DNA from: Candidatus Eiseniibacteriota bacterium
GTDB lineage: Bacteria > Eisenbacteria > RBG-16-71-46 > CAZEPH01
Length of the DNA stretch: 19,419 nt
Reading direction: 5' to 3'
NCBI GenBank assembly: GCA_044229145.1
Contig: JBGATO010000066.1
Location: 1 to 19,419, forward strand
Part shown: positions 16,568 to 19,419 of the stretch, piece by piece
Layout of the letters: every line of letters starts with the position of its first letter
Numbering within the stretch: position 1 is the stretch's first letter
The notes under the pieces: generated by a model
Database searches by the model: none
Seen by the model: only the letters and a program-made list of their open reading frames with translations
Told to the model about the DNA's origin: nothing
Position numbers and translations under genes: made by a program

Positions 16568-18052
16568 TTACGGCATCGGCCGCATGGTGAGCGGATCGCG
16601 CAGCGGGAGCATGGTGACGCCGCGCGCGCCGGCCATCGTCGCGACCGACGCATCGTGCTTGGCGTCGCCGAGCATGACGTCGCTCTTCTTGCCGACCAGC
16701 AACACGCAGAAATTCTCCGGCGTCACGACACGGCGCGCGGCGCGCTGGACATCCTGCGCGGTGATCGCCGCGATGCGATCGCGGTAGCGCGCGAAGTACT
16801 CCGGGTCGCGCGCCATACGGCCGGTCCACTCTTCCATCGCCAACGCGGCCGCGATCTGCGCGGCGGTCGCGAAGCGGTTGGGGAACGCGTCGATGAAGCC
16901 GCGCTTGCTGACCTCGAGCTCCTCGCCGCTCACCAGGGAGTCGCGCATGCGCGTCGCTTCGTCATAGGCGATCTGGATCGCGTATGCGGTGGAGCGCACC
17001 TTCGACTGGAACGCGATGCGCCACGGTTCGGGGTAGAACGTGCCCTCGAACTGCGCGGAGCCCGCGCTGTACGCGAGGCCTTCATCGCTGCGAATGCGGT
17101 TGACCAAGCGCGAGGTGAAGCCGCCGCCGCCGAGGATGTCGTTCATCACCATCTCGGCGAGGTAGTCGGGATCGTCGCGCTGCAAGCCGCGCACCGCGAT
17201 CGACACGCGGCACTGGTTGACGTCCTTGTCGACCATGTACCAGCCGGAGGCGGCCGGTTGCGCCGGCGCCGGCGGCGTCGGCGGGCGCTCGCCCGGCACC
17301 GGCCAGTTGGCGAGGAACGCCGTGAGCTTCTTGGTCATCGCCGCGCGATCGAAGTCGCCGCTCACCGCGAGGATGAAGTTCTTCGGCCCGATGTAGCGCG
17401 CGCGGAAGGCGTCGAAATCGTCCGCGGTGAGCGCCTGCACCGAGGCCGCGGTGGTGTAGCGGTTCGTCCAGTGCTGATCGCCGCGCAGCAGGAAGCCGAA
17501 CTCGCGCGCTTCGATGGCCGGCGTTTCGTCGTTGCGCGTCTTCATGTCGGCGAGCACCTGCGTCTTCTGCAGGTCGATGCGATCGGCTTGCCAGCGCGGC
17601 GCGGTCAGACACTCGCGCAACAGCGCGAGGCCTTCGTCGATATCCTTGCTGAGCAGGTTGAGATTCGCGCCGCCGGTGCCGGTCGAGAGATTCGCGCCGA
17701 GGAACGCGAGGCGATCCTCGAACTGCTCCGCGGTGCGCGTGCGCGTGCCGGACTTGCCGAGCAGCGCGGTCGCGAAGTCGGCGAGGCCTTCCTTGCCCGC
17801 GGGGTCGAGCGAGCCGTTGGTGCGCCAGACGATCTGCACGTTGACCATCGGCACGCTGCGGTCCGGCACCAGGTACGCGACCACGCCGCCCGGCAGCGCG
17901 ACGCGGTAGTCGGCGGCCTTCGGCGGTGCGTAGGTGAGCGGCGGAAACACGAGTTTGTCAGGGTGATCCACGACTTGCGCGGCGGCCTGCCCGGTCCACA
18001 GGACGAGCGCGGCCGCGGCTGCCGTGCGAACGGCGAGTGTCGAAAGCGTCAC
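16568..18052 (-). CDS. M16 (pitrilysin/M16B) peptidase, non-catalytic subunit, secreted
   Basis: Degenerate motif GLADFATALL (no HxxEH); ILGGGGFTSRLVNRIRSDEGLAYS (R/Y substrate-binding motif); AVSGDFD; signal peptide; GTG start with GGAG RBS. Confidence 0.9.
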   Translation of the reverse strand: MTLSTLAVRTAAAAALVLWTGQAAAQVVDHPDKLVFPPLTYAPPKAADYRVALPGGVVAYLVPDRSVPMVNVQIVWRTNGSLDPAGKEGLADFATALLGKSGTRTRTAEQFEDRLAFLGANLSTGTGGANLNLLSKDIDEGLALLRECLTAPRWQADRIDLQKTQVLADMKTRNDETPAIEAREFGFLLRGDQHWTNRYTTAASVQALTADDFDAFRARYIGPKNFILAVSGDFDRAAMTKKLTAFLANWPVPGERPPTPPAPAQPAASGWYMVDKDVNQCRVSIAVRGLQRDDPDYLAEMVMNDILGGGGFTSRLVNRIRSDEGLAYSAGSAQFEGTFYPEPWRIAFQSKVRSTAYAIQIAYDEATRMRDSLVSGEELEVSKRGFIDAFPNRFATAAQIAAALAMEEWTGRMARDPEYFARYRDRIAAITAQDVQRAARRVVTPENFCVLLVGKKSDVMLGDAKHDASVATMAGARGVTMLPLRDPLTMRPMP

Positions 18053-18065
18053 GGTCGGCTCCTGT

Positions 18066-19419
18066 CTACTGGGTCGCGCTGCCGGGCGCGGCGCGCCGCG
18101 TGTTGATCCACACCGCGCGGCGTTCCTTGGTGAAGTACTCGCGGGCGACGCGCTGCACGTCGGCGGCGGTCACCGCGCCGATCTCGGCTTCGCGCGACTC
18201 GGCTTTGTGCCAGTCGCCGCTGCCGTCGGCGGTGGCGTAGCGGAACATCAGCGCCTGGTTGCTGGTGAGGCTGCGATAGGTCGACGCCATGTAGCGGTTC
18301 TTGACCTTCTGCAATTCGTCCGCGCTCACCGGCGTCGACTGCAACTTGCCGAGTTCGGAGTAGATCGCGCGTTCGACCTCGTCGGGCGTGTGGCCCTCTT
18401 TCGCCTCGCCGGTGATTTCGAAATAGCCGTCGTATTTGCGGTCTTCGTTGCCGGCGTCCATGTCGGTGGCGATGCCAGCGCCCAGCACGACGTTGCGGCG
18501 CAGCCGTCCGGTGGTGCCGTTGAGCAACCCGGCGATGACCTCGAGCACCGGGCCATCCTTGTGCACGTACGATACCGTGTGCCAGCGAATGTCCACCGAC
18601 GGGTTGGCGTCCGCCTCCGAGTAGAAGCGCTTCTCGGCGAGCGACGGCACCTCGCTGGTGATCATCTCCGGCGCCGGCCGCGCGCCGCGCGGAATGGCGC
18701 CGAGATAGCGGTCGGCGAGCGCCAGCGCCTTGTCGGGATCGAAGTCGCCGACCAGCACGCAGGTGAGATTCTGCGGCGCGTAGAACAGCGAATAGTACTC
18801 GTCGGCCTCGGCCTTGGTGATGGCCGCGACGTCGCTCGGCCAGCCGATCACCGGCCAGTTGTACGGCGACGCGTCCCAGAACAGCGAGTTGAACGACTCC
18901 TCGAACTTGCCGGTGGGCGTCGACTCGACGCGCATGCGGCGCTCCTCGTACACCACGTCGCGCTCCGAGTAGAACTCGCGGAACACGCGATGGGTGAGGC
19001 GGTCGGCCTGCATCCACATCCACAGTTCGAGCTTGTTGGCCGGCACGGTGTCGAAGTAGACCGTCATGTCCTCGGCGGTGAACGCGTTGGTGCCGACGAC
19101 GCCGTTCTTCGACATCACGAGGTCGTACTCGTTCTTCACCATATTGGCGCGCTGTGCGGCCACCAGCGAGTCGAAGCGCGCTTCGAGCCGCTTCATGCGC
19201 GGCGTCTTGCTCTCTGGCTTGGTGATGTCGTCGACGAGCCCTTTCCGCTGGAGGTCGCGCAAGATCGTCAGCTCGGCGCGCATCGAGTCCATCGTCGCTT
19301 CCTGCTCGTCGATCAGCTTTTCGTCCAGCGCGAAGTTGCGGGTGCCGATGACGTGCGTCCCCTTGAACATCATGTGCTCGAAGAGGTGCGAGATGCCGGT
19401 GATGCCGGGCCGCTCGTTG
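18066..19419 (-). CDS. M16 (pitrilysin/M16B) zinc peptidase, catalytic subunit (5'-partial)
   Basis: Frame is open to the window edge: NERPGITGISHLFEHMMFKGT, with HxxEH at 19374-19388; NAFT..D.TVY, ERDVVYEERR, PVIGW, LVGDFD. Confidence 0.95.
   Translation of the reverse strand, partial: NERPGITGISHLFEHMMFKGTHVIGTRNFALDEKLIDEQEATMDSMRAELTILRDLQRKGLVDDITKPESKTPRMKRLEARFDSLVAAQRANMVKNEYDLVMSKNGVVGTNAFTAEDMTVYFDTVPANKLELWMWMQADRLTHRVFREFYSERDVVYEERRMRVESTPTGKFEESFNSLFWDASPYNWPVIGWPSDVAAITKAEADEYYSLFYAPQNLTCVLVGDFDPDKALALADRYLGAIPRGARPAPEMITSEVPSLAEKRFYSEADANPSVDIRWHTVSYVHKDGPVLEVIAGLLNGTTGRLRRNVVLGAGIATDMDAGNEDRKYDGYFEITGEAKEGHTPDEVERAIYSELGKLQSTPVSADELQKVKNRYMASTYRSLTSNQALMFRYATADGSGDWHKAESREAEIGAVTAADVQRVAREYFTKERRAVWINTRRAAPGSATQ

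Noticed and set aside
19130..19330. Helical insertion after HxxEH-MFKGT in the M16 catalytic subunit
   Set aside because: Recalled as a feature of a widespread bacterial M16B subfamily; the catalytic/non-catalytic gene pair is ordinary.

Overview
GC-rich bacterial window. The C-terminal FlgD-Ig/T9SS-like tails on two secreted proteins suggest an FCB-group lineage such as Ca. Eisenbacteria; this is inference. From left to right the window holds: a 3'-truncated multi-pass membrane protein (minus strand, missing from the ORF track); an Nfu-type Fe-S carrier; a divergent ~1590-aa orphan hybrid histidine kinase (TM-sensor-TM, PAS x3, GAF, PAS, HisKA, HATPase, REC x2, Hpt); a ~1090-aa Cys-rich secreted protein with a C-terminal sorting domain; a tandem array of three secreted PHI-1/EXORDIUM-like paralogs; an ArfB-like GGQ ribosome-rescue factor; and, on the minus strand, an FG-GAP/VCBS beta-propeller protein downstream of an M16 peptidase gene pair. 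The most notable element is the EXORDIUM-like triplet. Each copy has its own RBS, a long hairpin-rich upstream region, a related CCCGGGCG-core 3' hairpin, an invariant PDGKGG motif after the signal peptide and a putative metal-binding HExEE motif, and the copies show mosaic similarity to one another. No CRISPR array, tRNA, rRNA or mobile element was seen.
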